Made by a program: the position numbers and the translations under genes
Part shown: positions 28,426-41,427 of the stretch, one piece after another
How positions within the stretch are numbered: the first letter of the stretch is position 1
How the letters are laid out: each line of letters starts with the position of its first letter
Source: an uncultured delta proteobacterium
GTDB taxonomy: Bacteria; Myxococcota_A; Polyangia; Polyangiales; Polyangiaceae
NCBI GenBank assembly: GCA_963782055.1
Contig: CAWAIF010000003.1
Span: forward strand, 928,001 to 992,000
Direction: 5' to 3'
Length of the DNA stretch: 64,000 nt
Notes under the pieces: model-generated
Database searches by the model: none
What the model was told of the DNA's origin: nothing
Seen by the model: only the letters and a program-made list of their open reading frames with translations

Positions 28426-30087
28426 CTACTTCTTCTTCTTCTTCTTGTGGTGGTGGTGGGTGTGCTTCTTCTTCGGCGGCTTCTTGTGCTTCGGCGGCGG
28501 CTTGGGCTCCTCGTCGGGGCTCGCCGACCCACCCGACGCGTCGGCGGCGTCGGCGTCCGGCTTCTCCGGCGGGGGCTCCGTCTTCCTGTCCTCCGGCGGC
28601 GGAGCGGGCTTCGGCTTCGTCTCGTGACCCCTGGGGGGCGCGGCCGCAGCGGGGGGCGCCAGGTCGAAGGCGTACTGGAAGCCGAGGCCGATGATGGGCG
28701 CGGAGACGGAGTACTTGCCGCCGTTGACCGCCTCCGTCTGCGTCGGGTAACCCGACACCGGGTTGACGAGCGGGATCGCCGCCTCGCTCGGCGGGACGGT
28801 GATGTCCGGCATGATCGTGTAGGCGAAGACGGCGTCGAACCTCCAGCGCGGGCCGATGTGCAGCCCGGCGCCGACGGAGAGCGTCGCCTTGTCGCCGTCG
28901 ATGGTCAGCGGGGAGACGTAGGCCGTGGGGATGGCGCTCGTCTCGTAGGAGAAGCCGAGGCGCAGGTCGAGCTTGGTCGCGGCGCTCACGTCGACGCGGT
29001 ACTCGCCGCCCAGACGGAAGGAGTTGGAGTCCTGGAAGTGGCGCGGCATGCTGATGGTGCCGACGTGGAAGGGGCTCGGGAAGCCGTAGATCCCGCTGAG
29101 CGAGACGTCGTCGCTGGTGACGTCGATGGTGTCGTGCACGCTCCAGAACTCGCGCTCGTACGCCGCCTCGACGCGCAGGGCGGGCACCGGGCGCACCTCC
29201 ACGCCCGCGCGCAGGATGGGCGGGAGGCGGAACTTGACGTGCGCGCTGTCGCCCGTCTGCACCGCGGCGTCGAACTCGGCCGCGGTGGGCAGGCGCACGC
29301 GCACCGTCGCCGGGGCATCCACCCAGAAGGGGAGCTGGCCGCTCAGGCCGAAGCGCAGCTGCTCGATGGGCTTGTAGATGACGCCCAGGTTGCCGCTCGG
29401 GGTGATGACCGTGGCGCGGAGCTGGCCGAGCGAGTCGTACTCCGGCGCCTGCGGTGGGCCGAGGAGGCGGTCGGCGGGGTTGGCGTTGAAGTAGAGCAGC
29501 GACTGGAAGACGCCGGTGAGCAGCTCCAGGCCCGCGCCCACGCGAAGCTTGTCGGAGAACTTGTACGAGGCGTACGCGCCCAGGCCGGCGAGGACTGTCC
29601 CCTCCAGGGAGATGAGGGAGTAGCGCTGCGGCGCCGGCTGGCCGTTCACCGTCTCCGGCCAGCGCAGGAGGGGCGCGTACGGCGCGAAGACGCCGCCGGC
29701 GAAGGTCCACTGCCGGTGGTCGCCCGCGGGGAAGGCGATGGCGAGGGTGGGGAAGGCGAGCGGTGGGGTGTCGCCGTGCACGCTCGGGTAGTCGTAGGTG
29801 CGGACGGTCCCGCCGGCGTCGACCACCTGCGTCTGGCGGGTGAAGTCGGCGTTGAAGAGCATCAGCGACGCGTCGAAGAGCATGGTGCCGCCGGCGTCGG
29901 CGATGCCGGCGGGGTTGAACCAGATGGCGCCCAGGTCGTCGGCGCCGGCGACGAAGGCGCCGCCGCGCGCGAGCGGCCGCACCCCGCGCTCGGAGTAGTA
30001 CATGCCGCCGGCGTGCGCGGGGCGCGCGAGGCCCGCGACGGTGAGGGCGGCGGCGACGAGCGCCGCGCGCGTCTTGAAGGGCGTCAC
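28426..30087 (-). CDS. FadL/OmpP1-family outer-membrane transporter with Pro/Lys/His-rich tail
   Basis: LARGGAFVAGADDLGAIWFNPAG FadL N-terminal motif and amphipathic beta-strands. Confidence 0.85.
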   Translation of the reverse strand: MTPFKTRAALVAAALTVAGLARPAHAGGMYYSERGVRPLARGGAFVAGADDLGAIWFNPAGIADAGGTMLFDASLMLFNADFTRQTQVVDAGGTVRTYDYPSVHGDTPPLAFPTLAIAFPAGDHRQWTFAGGVFAPYAPLLRWPETVNGQPAPQRYSLISLEGTVLAGLGAYASYKFSDKLRVGAGLELLTGVFQSLLYFNANPADRLLGPPQAPEYDSLGQLRATVITPSGNLGVIYKPIEQLRFGLSGQLPFWVDAPATVRVRLPTAAEFDAAVQTGDSAHVKFRLPPILRAGVEVRPVPALRVEAAYEREFWSVHDTIDVTSDDVSLSGIYGFPSPFHVGTISMPRHFQDSNSFRLGGEYRVDVSAATKLDLRLGFSYETSAIPTAYVSPLTIDGDKATLSVGAGLHIGPRWRFDAVFAYTIMPDITVPPSEAAIPLVNPVSGYPTQTEAVNGGKYSVSAPIIGLGFQYAFDLAPPAAAAPPRGHETKPKPAPPPEDRKTEPPPEKPDADAADASGGSASPDEEPKPPPKHKKPPKKKHTHHHHKKKKKK

Positions 30088-33000
30088 TCCTCGGTCCCCT
30101 TGCGTACGACCTCGTAGAACTGCTCCAGCCCGCGCTGCTTGTCGAGCAGGAAGCTCGACACCTGCGAGGCGATGGCGCCGTAGTCGTCGGCGGCCAGCTT
30201 GTCGGTCTGCGCGGGGTTCTTGCGGTTGACGTCGGCGATGACGTCCATGATCACCTCGAGCGGCGCCTGCGTCGCGCGCCCGGTGTCGTCGGTCATGGGC
30301 GTCACGAGGCGGGTGAGGACCTGCGTGAGGACCTGGTTGGGGTCCATCTCGCTGGCGCAGATCTCCTTGCCGCTCTGCTTGTCCACGTACTTGCCCGCGA
30401 TGCGGGCGAGCAGCGCGAGCTGCGCGTCGACGAGGCTCTTCTTCACCACGTTGCCGTTCTGGTCCTTCTGCGTGGGCGCGAGGGCGGGGGCGAGCGCGTG
30501 GAAGATGGGCACCAGGTTCTGGTCGTCGTCGAGGACCTGCAGGGCGTCGGTGGACGCGGCGAGCATGGCGGCGAGGGCGTCGTTGTCGGAGGCGGCGTCG
30601 ACCATATACTGCAGGAGCGCCTCGAGCTGCGTGCGCGCGCCCTCGTCCTGGCGGATGGCGTCGACCAAATCCATCGTCGTGGCGAAGAGCGGGCCCTTCA
30701 CCGAGTCGGCCATGGAGTTGGTGAGATCGTCACGCGCCCAGCCGCACCGCGTGAAGGGCGCGGCGTAGCTGTCGGGGCAGTGCGCGAGCATCTGCCCGCG
30801 CAGCATGTCCACCAGCGTGGGGGTGATCGTCGGGATGGACGGGTCGGCGAAGGCGGAGGAGGCGCCGGAGCCCTTCACCGAGAGGAACTGGTCGACGAGC
30901 TGCGAGCGACCGAGGTGCCAGTTGTCGAGCCGCTTGGCGTCGTCCGGCGACTTCTGGGGGAACGTGGCGAAGGCGTTGTCGATGGCGTCGAGCGCGCCGG
31001 TGAGCAGGTAGACGGGGGTGACCTGCGGGTTTGTCGTGCCGTCGTTGCGCAGCGCCGTGACGCCGCCCTTGCGGTCCGTCAGTCCGGCGGACTTGGCGCG
31101 CACCGGGTCGACCAGGCCGCGCGTGCCCTCCGCCATCACCGTGATGCCGTCCTCGGTCTTGGAGCCGGTGCACATGTGGTTCTGGTCGGTCGCGGTGCAG
31201 ACCTTGATCGTGGAGGACTCGAGCGTCTTGGTGAGGGCGGCGAGACCGGGGAGGAGATCCCCGGGGAGCGCGTCGACGAGCAGCGGCTCGTAGGAGTCGG
31301 CGCCATCCTTGGTGCACTTGTCGCACTCGGAGGCGGTGCCCTTGTCGTCCTGCCAGTGGCGGTAGATGGTATCCATCAGCTGGATGAACAGATCCTCGCG
31401 GCCGTGGATGGCGAAGGCGTTGATGAGCGGCGCCATCGCCGCGTAGCTGCCGAAGTTCTCCAGCACGAAGGTGGCGTCGGGGTCGCGCTCCTGGAGCGAG
31501 TCGCCCGGCGCGCATTGCCGCAGGCCGTGGATCTTGCCGTCGTTGGCGGCGTCGGCCGCGCCGGGGTCCGGGTCGTTGATGACCTTCTCCGGGCACGCGG
31601 TGGTCCCCACCGAGTTGACGCCCATCAGATCCTTGAGGAAGCGGTTGGTCTTGTAGTTGGTGCCGCCCGGGTTGGGGCTGTCGTTGGGGATATCGAAGTA
31701 GACCTGCCGGTTGAGAAACTGCGGCGTCGGCCGGAAGGTGTGCGCCCCGGCGGCGTCCCAGAAGCCGGTGATGCCGCTGGACTGCTCCATCATGCTCACC
31801 GTGGCGGCCCCGATGCCGGCGATGCCGTTGCGCAGCACGCCGGGCCGCATGTAGAGGTTGGCGCGGCCGACGATGGAGTCGACGTAGAACTTGGCGAGGT
31901 TGTCGATCTTGAAGACCTCGCACTCGTGGAAGGGGCGCGTGCCGGGCAGGGCGCAGAGGGCGAGTGTCCCGGCGCAGATGTCGCCGCTGCCGAGGATGGG
32001 GACGCCCTGGGCGTGGAGCACGGCGCCTTCCTTGTTGCACGCCGTCACGCCGTTGGTGTCGTGGACGACCTGCAGGAAGCGCAAGAAGGCGCTGCGGTTC
32101 CACCCGGTGTCCGCCTTGGTGCGGTCCACCGGGGTCTTCATGTCGTTGTTGCTCGCCGTGTCGAAGTTGTACGGCTTGCCGTTGAGGTTCTTGCGGTCGT
32201 AGCTGACGTGATCGCGAAACCCCATGTAGTTGGCGAAGATGCCGTTGAGCGGGAGGGCCTGGTCGGAGCCGAGGGAGCGCAGCACGTCCTCCAGCAGGCC
32301 CGGCTCCTGCTCGACCTTGACGAGCACGTCGAGGATCTCGTCCCAGAAGGTGGACTTGGCGGGGAGCACCGCCTCCGGGTGCTTGTCGGCGACGTCCTTG
32401 AAGGCGAGGCCCGCGCCGACGACCCGCGCCAGGTCGGCGGTGTGGTCCTTCATCAGCATGCTGGAGTACTGGAGGAGCGCGTCGGTCGGCGCGTCGCCGA
32501 GGAGCTGGCCCACGGCGTAGACCAGGTCGAGCAGGGGGGAGGTCTCGGCGTGGAAGGCGTCGTAGGTGACGGTCACCTGGCCGGTGGTCGTGTCGCCGTA
32601 GACCTTCTGCGTCATCGGCGCGCCGTCGCGCGGGCCGAGGATGACGACCATGCCGCCGAGCGCGTACATGAGCGTCTCGTGGGCGTCCTGCGGGTCGGGG
32701 TCGAGCAACGGCTTCATGTTGCGCAGGGCCGACGCTGTGAAGGTGTGGCTGGTGTCGACGTAGTCGTATAGGAGCTTGTTGGCGTCCAGCGACCGACCGA
32801 AGGTGTCGTAGGCCGTGGCGGGCGGGGCGTCGGCGGCGAAGAAGGGCGCCGGAGGGGCCTGGCCGTTGGTGGAGACGAAGCGGCCGAGGGCGTCGATGTC
32901 GGGGAGGCCGTCGGCGTCCTGGTCGACGAAGGGCGCGGGCACCTTGCCGCCGACGAGCGGCACCGCGGCGAAGCCGCGCGAGTCGCGGCGCACGATGTAG

Positions 33001-33973
33001 CGGGAGGTGCCGCCGCCGAAGGTCGGGTCCTCCGCGAGCATCACGTCCTGCAGCGCCTCCAGCGTGGTGCGCGGCCTGGAGAGCACGCTGCGGCTGGCCA
33101 TCGCGTCGGGCGTGACGACGAGCGGCGTGGTCTTGGCGCTCGGCGTGGCGGTGCGCAGCTCCTGCTGGAGCACGGCGAGCGCCTGGTTGAACTGCGCGTT
33201 GGCGGAGCCGGGGGGGAGCTTGGGTCGTAGGCGTCGGAGTGATCGCTGAGGACGCGGAGCGTCGCGTTGGCGAGATCGCGCAGGTGGGGGTACGCCATCG
33301 CGGGGCGGGCCGCGCCGAGCGCCGTCGCCACCGGGCGGTAGCCGAGCCGCGCGCCGATGCGCGCGAACGCGGCCTGCGCGTCGGGGGAGGCCTGGATGGA
33401 GTCCATCAGCTCGCCGAGCGACTCGGTGGAGTGGGGGAGCGTCCCGTCGTCGTAGAGCGTCGCGAAGCGCGAGAGCATGTCGGCGAGGGCGTGCGGGAGC
33501 GAGTCCTCGCCGGAGGCCGCAGGGGCGTCGCAGCTCCTGGTGGGGTCGGGGTTGGACACGTCCTTCACCGGCACCTTCACGTCGGGCACGACGGCGTCGA
33601 TGGCGGCGATGAGATCCTGCCGGCGGCGGGTGAGGGCGCCGATGCGCGACAGCGCATACGCCCGGTCGGCCTGCTGCTTCTCGATCGGAACGGGGTTGCC
33701 CTGCTGGTCGACGGCGTCGGAGGTGGGGGGCGGAAGCAGCGATTCGTCGACGGTGTCGGCGTACTGGCCGTCCACCTTGTGGCAGACGGCGTGGAAGGAC
33801 GCGCCGGTCAGGTCCTCGCGCAGCACCTGTCCCGCCACGCGATCGCAGAAGATCCCGAAGACCTCCTCGCCCACCGACCCGCGCGCCGGGAGCTGGCGCG
33901 AGGTGTCGATGTCGGAGCAGGCTCCCATCACCAGCACCGACAAGCCAAAGAGCCCAAGCCGAACGAACCGCAT
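30084..33973 (-). CDS. giant (~1300 aa) lipoprotein of unknown function, frameshifted near G7 run 33210-33216
   Basis: The N-part MRFVRLG...VMGAC (ORF 33041..34159) and C-part GSANAQFNQ... (ORF 30084..34028) both have strong coding bias and join with one extra base. Confidence 0.8.
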
Positions 33974-34165
33974 CGCAGGACAGTCTACGTGACCTGCGCC
34001 GTCCCAGACATGGTGCACCGACGCCCATGGATGACGCGATGCGTCAGCCGGGCTCGCCATGGCGGCCCGGTGGGGGCTCCTCCCTGCCGCGCCAAGCGCG
34101 GGATGGTTCGCCGTGCAGCGATCGCCGATCGGCCCCGTTCCAGCGGGAGTGGCCGCCACCGCACT

Positions 34166-34248
34166 GTTGGCGGGCGAACGATCGGAGGTTGGCGGGCGAA
34201 CCGTCGGAGGCCGGCCCGGTCCGATGGAGGGGCCCGGTCGGATGCAGG
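34166..34248 (+). repeat. two imperfect tandem duplications (22 bp x2 and 18 bp x2) in a divergent intergenic region
   Basis: gttggcgggcgaac(ga/cg)tcggag at 34166 and 34188. ggcccggtc(c/g)gatg(g/c)agg at 34213 and 34231. Confidence 0.8.
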
Positions 34249-34308
34249 CCGGAGCGGCGGGCGCCCGATCGTTGGCACGCAGACGATCTGTGCTTGAATG
34301 CGCGGGCG

Positions 34309-35718
<1,410 letters not shown>

Positions 35719-35761
35719 GGAGTTTGCCGCGCCCGACCCGGCGCGATAAGCGTAGGACTCG

Positions 35762-37045
<1,284 letters not shown>

Positions 37046-37049
37046 AGGA

Positions 37050-37670
37050 GTGACCGAGGCCCTCACCCTGGCCGTGCCGAAGGGGCGCGTGCTCAAGGCG
37101 CTGGCGCCGCTGCTCGTGCGCGCGGGCGTCGACGCCGCGCCGCTGCTCGCCGACGATCGCACCCTCATCCGCACCGCGGGGGGCCTGCGCTTCCTGCTGC
37201 TCAAGGCGGACGACGTGCCCACGTACGTGGAGTACGGCGCCGCGGACCTGGGCGTGTGCGGGCGCGACGTGCTGCGCGAGCACGAGCCCGACGTGCTCAC
37301 CCCGCTGGACCTGCAGATCGGCCGGTGCACCATGATGGTGGCGGCGAAGCAGGGGCTCGGCCCGTGGCCCGACGTACCGCGCGTGGCCACCAAGTACCCG
37401 CGCACGGCGGCGGCCCACTTTGCCCGGCGGGGCGTGCAGGCGGAGATCATCGCGGTGTCCGGCTCCGTCGAGCTGGCGCCGCTGACCGGGCTGTCCGACT
37501 TCATCGTGGACCTCGTCGAGACGGGGGAGACGCTCCGCCAGAACGGGCTGGAGGTGGTGGAGGAGGTGGCGCGCGTCTCCAGCGTCCTCGCCGCCAACCG
37601 CGCCGCCCTCAAGCTGCGGCGCGCGGAGATCGTCCCGCTCATCGAGCGGCTGCGCGCCGCCGTCACCTGA
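37050..37670 (+). CDS. hisG: ATP phosphoribosyltransferase, short form
   Basis: LAVPKGR, VATKYP, GSVELAP and DLVETGETL. 206 aa with no regulatory domain. Confidence 0.95.
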   Translation: MTEALTLAVPKGRVLKALAPLLVRAGVDAAPLLADDRTLIRTAGGLRFLLLKADDVPTYVEYGAADLGVCGRDVLREHEPDVLTPLDLQIGRCTMMVAAKQGLGPWPDVPRVATKYPRTAAAHFARRGVQAEIIAVSGSVELAPLTGLSDFIVDLVETGETLRQNGLEVVEEVARVSSVLAANRAALKLRRAEIVPLIERLRAAVT

Positions 37671-37784
37671 ACCAGCGTGCACGATTCGGCTACGCCGGAT
37701 GGTGCCTCGGGGAGGCTCATCCCCGCGCCGCCGAAGTGAACTCGGCGGCTCTCCCCTTGGTTCGCGTTCGCGAATCGCGACCGC

Positions 37785-38297
37785 TCACCTGGTTGCAGTG
37801 ACCGGTACGCCGGCGTCCGCGCTGCCCAGGCGCACCAGCGGCCGCAGCTTGTGCAGTGTGCGGCGGCCGATGCCGCGTACGCGCAGCAGATCCTCGATCT
37901 GCCGGAAGTGACCGAGCCTCCGCCGCAGCGAGAGGATGGCGAGCGCGCGCTTCGGGCCGATGCCGGGGAGGCGGCGCAGGTCGTCCGTCGTGGCTTCGTT
38001 GAGGTAGACGGGATCGTCCGGTGTGGCGCGCGCGGAGTGCGAGCGCGGGGCGGCGGCGTCGGGACCGGCCGCCGGCTCCACGTCCGCCGGGGGGGCCGCG
38101 GCGAGCGCGGACGGCGCGGGGGGAAGCGGCTCGGGGACCGCCGCGGCCGCCGGGGGGACCTGCCCCCCGACGACCACGAAGCGGCCCACGACCGCCAGGA
38201 GAAGGAGGCCCGCGGCTGACAGCAGCACGCGTGACGCAGGCCTCCACCACCGCGAGACGACGAAGCGCCGCGCGGTGGCCCTGACCGTGGTGAGCAC
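37785..38297 (-). CDS. comEA: ComEA-family helix-hairpin-helix DNA receptor
   Basis: TM helix and Pro/Ala linker, then VYLNEATTDDLRRLPGIGPKRA...DLLRVRGIG. The GTG start is uncertain. Confidence 0.88.
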   Translation of the reverse strand: MLTTVRATARRFVVSRWWRPASRVLLSAAGLLLLAVVGRFVVVGGQVPPAAAAVPEPLPPAPSALAAAPPADVEPAAGPDAAAPRSHSARATPDDPVYLNEATTDDLRRLPGIGPKRALAILSLRRRLGHFRQIEDLLRVRGIGRRTLHKLRPLVRLGSADAGVPVTATR

Positions 38298-38305
38298 GGC
38301 GACCC

Positions 38306-38575
38306 TCAGGCCTCCGCCGGCTGCTGCGGCAGACGAGGCGGACGCGCCTCCGCCGGCAGGCGGGGCGGGCGCACCGCCATCAGGTTGTTGGCGCCGCGGT
38401 TCTCGCCGGGCGGCTCCCACTCGCGAACCTGGAGCATCCCGTTGGTGGGGATGGCCTCCAGGCGCAGGTTGATGGACCCGTCCTGGTTGACGGAGCCGAA
38501 GCCCACCCGCGTCCAGTACGACTTGCCGTTGCGCTCCGTGACCGTGAACACCGTCTTCAGTTGCCGACCTTCCAT
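38306..38575 (-). CDS. small conserved protein, putative ssDNA-binding (DUF736-like)
   Basis: GAGGA RBS and 89 aa containing KSYWTRVG...NQDGSINLRLEAIP. Ends 8 bp before comEA. Function is inferred. Confidence 0.8.
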   Translation of the reverse strand: MEGRQLKTVFTVTERNGKSYWTRVGFGSVNQDGSINLRLEAIPTNGMLQVREWEPPGENRGANNLMAVRPPRLPAEARPPRLPQQPAEA

Positions 38576-38636
38576 GACTTCCTCACTTGTTTGTCCGAGA
38601 GCGCCCGCCTCCCTGGCGGTGCGCGAGAGGGTGTAG

Positions 38637-38652
38637 AGCGAGACGCGTGCCA
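38637..38652 (-). promoter_or_regulatory. sigma-54 -24/-12 promoter of the small-gene/comEA operon
   Basis: Minus strand reads TGGCACGcgtcTCGCT (GG-N10-GC). Confidence 0.75.
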
Positions 38653-38696
38653 CGCACGCCACGGCGGAAATCCGCGCCGAACGCGTGAGCGGCCCC

Positions 38697-38729
38697 TGTC
38701 CCCGGACAGATCGCGGGTGTCCCCGGACA
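38697..38729. promoter_or_regulatory. tandem palindromic sites TGTCC-cc-GGACA x2 (candidate enhancer)
   Basis: Identical 12-mers at 38697 and 38718, a 21-bp period. Confidence 0.75.
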
Positions 38730-38766
38730 CCCCGGCCGTCGTCCGGGCGCGGTCCCGATGAGCTCG

Positions 38767-39786
38767 CTAACGATCGCCCGGTTGCGCGCGTCGGCGCTCG
38801 GGGGGCTCGAGCAGGGTGAAGGCGAGCAGGCACGCCGTGGTGAAGCCGAGCGCGTTGGCGACGCCGTGCACCTCCACCATGCGGGTGATGGAGAAGAGCG
38901 GGTCGTCCGACGCGTCGCGCCCCGCCGACCCGGTGACGGCGAAGGTGGCGGCGAACGCCATGCTGACGACGAGGCTCAGCCCGGCGAGGGCGAAGAGCGC
39001 CGCGGCGGCGCGGCCGCGCCACCCGGGCCGCAAGGCGAGGGCGGCGCGCGTGGCGCGCAGGAAGAGGAGCGCCGCGAGCGCGAGCATGCCCGCCGCCAGC
39101 AGCAGCGCGCTGGTGGCCTCCGTGCCGTGGCTGGTGAGGATGCCGACGGCGGTGAGCGGCACGCCCGCGCACACCGCGACGGCGGCGACGCGGTACTCGA
39201 ACGAGGTGCGCTCCCCCGGCTCGTGGACGAGCCGCCCCACCAGCCCGCAGACCAGCGGCGCGCCGAAGCCGGCGTAGTGGAAGTGCGCCGCCGTCAGCAG
39301 GATGACGGGCTCCCGGAAGCCGAGGGGCGTCGCGCCGCCGCGCGAGAGCGCCAGCCACACCGCGCCCACGGGCAGGTAGAGGAGCCCGACGTCGATGCAG
39401 ACCTCGTCCGCGGTGAACAGCGCGCCCCGGCGCCATCGCCGCGCCGCGCGCGCCACCCCGAGCGCGCCGATGATCCCGCACGCGACGACCCACGCGCCCG
39501 CGAGCACGGCGGCAGCCGCCCCCGGCCGGTAGGTGTAGGATGCAATGACCGCGCACGCGCCGGGGAGCACCGCCATCGCCGCCGCGCGGTCCACGACGGG
39601 CCGCGGCTCTGCCGGCGCGCGCTGGATGACCAGCGCCAGCCCGAGCGGAACGATGGTGATCGCCGCGTAGGCGACCAGCACCTCCGCCGCCCACATGGGG
39701 AGGTACGGGGTGAGGGCGGCGGCGAGGAGCACCACGCCGGTCAGGGCAAGGCGCCTCAGGATGCGGGTCCACGGGTCCGGTGTCAC
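38767..39786 (-). CDS. YndJ-family membrane protein
   Basis: LLTAAHFHYAGF and HGVANALG motifs, multiple TM helices. Confidence 0.85.
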   Translation of the reverse strand: MTPDPWTRILRRLALTGVVLLAAALTPYLPMWAAEVLVAYAAITIVPLGLALVIQRAPAEPRPVVDRAAAMAVLPGACAVIASYTYRPGAAAAVLAGAWVVACGIIGALGVARAARRWRRGALFTADEVCIDVGLLYLPVGAVWLALSRGGATPLGFREPVILLTAAHFHYAGFGAPLVCGLVGRLVHEPGERTSFEYRVAAVAVCAGVPLTAVGILTSHGTEATSALLLAAGMLALAALLFLRATRAALALRPGWRGRAAAALFALAGLSLVVSMAFAATFAVTGSAGRDASDDPLFSITRMVEVHGVANALGFTTACLLAFTLLEPPERRRAQPGDR

Positions 39787-39813
39787 GGCGACTGGTGGTG
39801 TATCCTGCCGACC

Positions 39814-41349
39814 GTGGCCGCGGGCAAGGATCCGTTTCACCTGAGCGGGCAGGTGCTCGACGGACAGTTTCGCGTGGACTCCGTGGTGGGGGAGGGGGGA
39901 TTCTCGGCGGTCTACAAGGGGTTCCACCTCGGACTGGAGGAGCCCATCGCCATCAAGTGCCTCAAGCTCCCCACCACCGTGGGCGCGGCGATGATGGAGT
40001 CCTTCCTGCGGCGCTTCCGCGACGAGAGCAAGCTGCTCTACCGCCTCTCGCAGGGCAACCTCAACATCGTGCGGTCCATCGCGAGCGGCACCGTGGCGCA
40101 GGATGGTCAGGCCATCCCGTACATGGTGCTCGAGTGGCTGGAGGGCGTGTCGCTGGGCGAGGACTTCGACGAGCGGCGGGCGCGCGGCGCCGGTGCGCGG
40201 TCGCTGAGCGAGGTGATGGGGCTCTTCGAGCACGCGGCCGACGCGCTGGCGTACGCGCACGCGCAGGGGGTCATCCACCGGGACCTCAATCCGGGCAACC
40301 TCTTCCTCGCCCGCCGGCGCGAGGGCGGGGTGCGCATGAAGGTCCTGGACTTCGGCGTGGCGAAGGTGGTGAGCGACCACGCGCTGGAGCTCGGCCCGCG
40401 CGCGCCGACGCTCGGCCAGATCCGCATCTTCTCCCCCGGCTACGCGGCGCCGGAGCAGTTCGACGCCACCATCGCCCCCGCCTCACCCGCGACCGACGTC
40501 TACGCCTTCGCGCTCATCCTGACCGAGGCGCTGCTCGGCCGCCCGGTGGTGGAGGGGGTGACGCTCGGTGACTACTTCAAGCAGACCCTCACGCCGACCT
40601 TCGTGCGCACGCCGCGCGCGCTCGGCGCGGGAGTGGGGGAGGCGGTGGAGGCGGTGTTCGCGCGTGCGCTGTCGCTCGACCCGTCGGAGCGCCCCGCCGA
40701 CGTGGGGCGTCTCTGGGCGGAGCTGCAGCAGGCGGCGCGCGGACCGGGGGCGCGCGACCCGCACCCCACCGTGCGGCAGATCGTGCCGCCGTCGGCGGGG
40801 CCGGCGTCGCAGGAGGAGCCCATCCCCTCCACCGACCCGCAGCTCGGCGAGGCCAGCACCTTGCCCGCCGCCATCAAGGTCCCCGGCCCGCCGGCGCCGG
40901 CCCCCGCCGCGCCGGGCGGCACGTCGCTCGCCAACCTGAAGTCCACCGTGCGCATGGCGTCACCACCTCCGCCCGGGCCGTCGCGGTCCACAGCGCCGCT
41001 GCTCCAGGGCGCGGCGATGCCGCCGCCCGCGGGGACGCCGAGCTTCCAGTCGCAGTCCATCCGCGCGTACGGCGGGCCGGTCGAGCCGCTGTCGTCCGAC
41101 CAGGTGCCGGCGCCGCCCGCCGCGCCGTCGCCCGCGCCCGCGCAGCCCCCACCGCCCGCGGTCGCCGTGCCGCCGGCCGGCGCGACACGCGTCCCGACCG
41201 TCAAGATCGAGCGCGCCTCCCTCCCCGCGCCGGGGGAGGTCACCCCGCGCCGCACCAGCCTGCTCGTCCTCGGCCTCGCCGTCTTCTTCGGCGTCCTGCT
41301 GATCGGTGGCGCCATCCTGGCGCTCCTCGTCTGGCGGCAGCGCGCCTGA
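39814..41349 (+). CDS. Ser/Thr protein kinase with C-terminal TM
   Basis: GEGGFSAVY, IAIKCL, HRDLNPGN, DFG and YAAPEQ, then a Pro-rich linker. Confidence 0.92.
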   Translation: MAAGKDPFHLSGQVLDGQFRVDSVVGEGGFSAVYKGFHLGLEEPIAIKCLKLPTTVGAAMMESFLRRFRDESKLLYRLSQGNLNIVRSIASGTVAQDGQAIPYMVLEWLEGVSLGEDFDERRARGAGARSLSEVMGLFEHAADALAYAHAQGVIHRDLNPGNLFLARRREGGVRMKVLDFGVAKVVSDHALELGPRAPTLGQIRIFSPGYAAPEQFDATIAPASPATDVYAFALILTEALLGRPVVEGVTLGDYFKQTLTPTFVRTPRALGAGVGEAVEAVFARALSLDPSERPADVGRLWAELQQAARGPGARDPHPTVRQIVPPSAGPASQEEPIPSTDPQLGEASTLPAAIKVPGPPAPAPAAPGGTSLANLKSTVRMASPPPPGPSRSTAPLLQGAAMPPPAGTPSFQSQSIRAYGGPVEPLSSDQVPAPPAAPSPAPAQPPPPAVAVPPAGATRVPTVKIERASLPAPGEVTPRRTSLLVLGLAVFFGVLLIGGAILALLVWRQRA

Positions 41350-41427
41350 TCTCAACGTCCGTGGAGCAGGCGTTCGCCCGGCGCGCAGCGGAGGGGCCCC
41401 GCGTGCAGCCCTCCCAGGCCAGTCCTC

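Noticed and set aside
34272..34288. Sigma-54 promoter for glmU
   Set aside because: The -24 element is good but there is no GC at -12, so it is not called as a feature.
37711..37757. GC hairpin (gccgccga...tcggcggc) between hisG and comEA as an ncRNA
   Set aside because: No recognisable RNA family. It is more simply a terminator-like stem between convergent genes.
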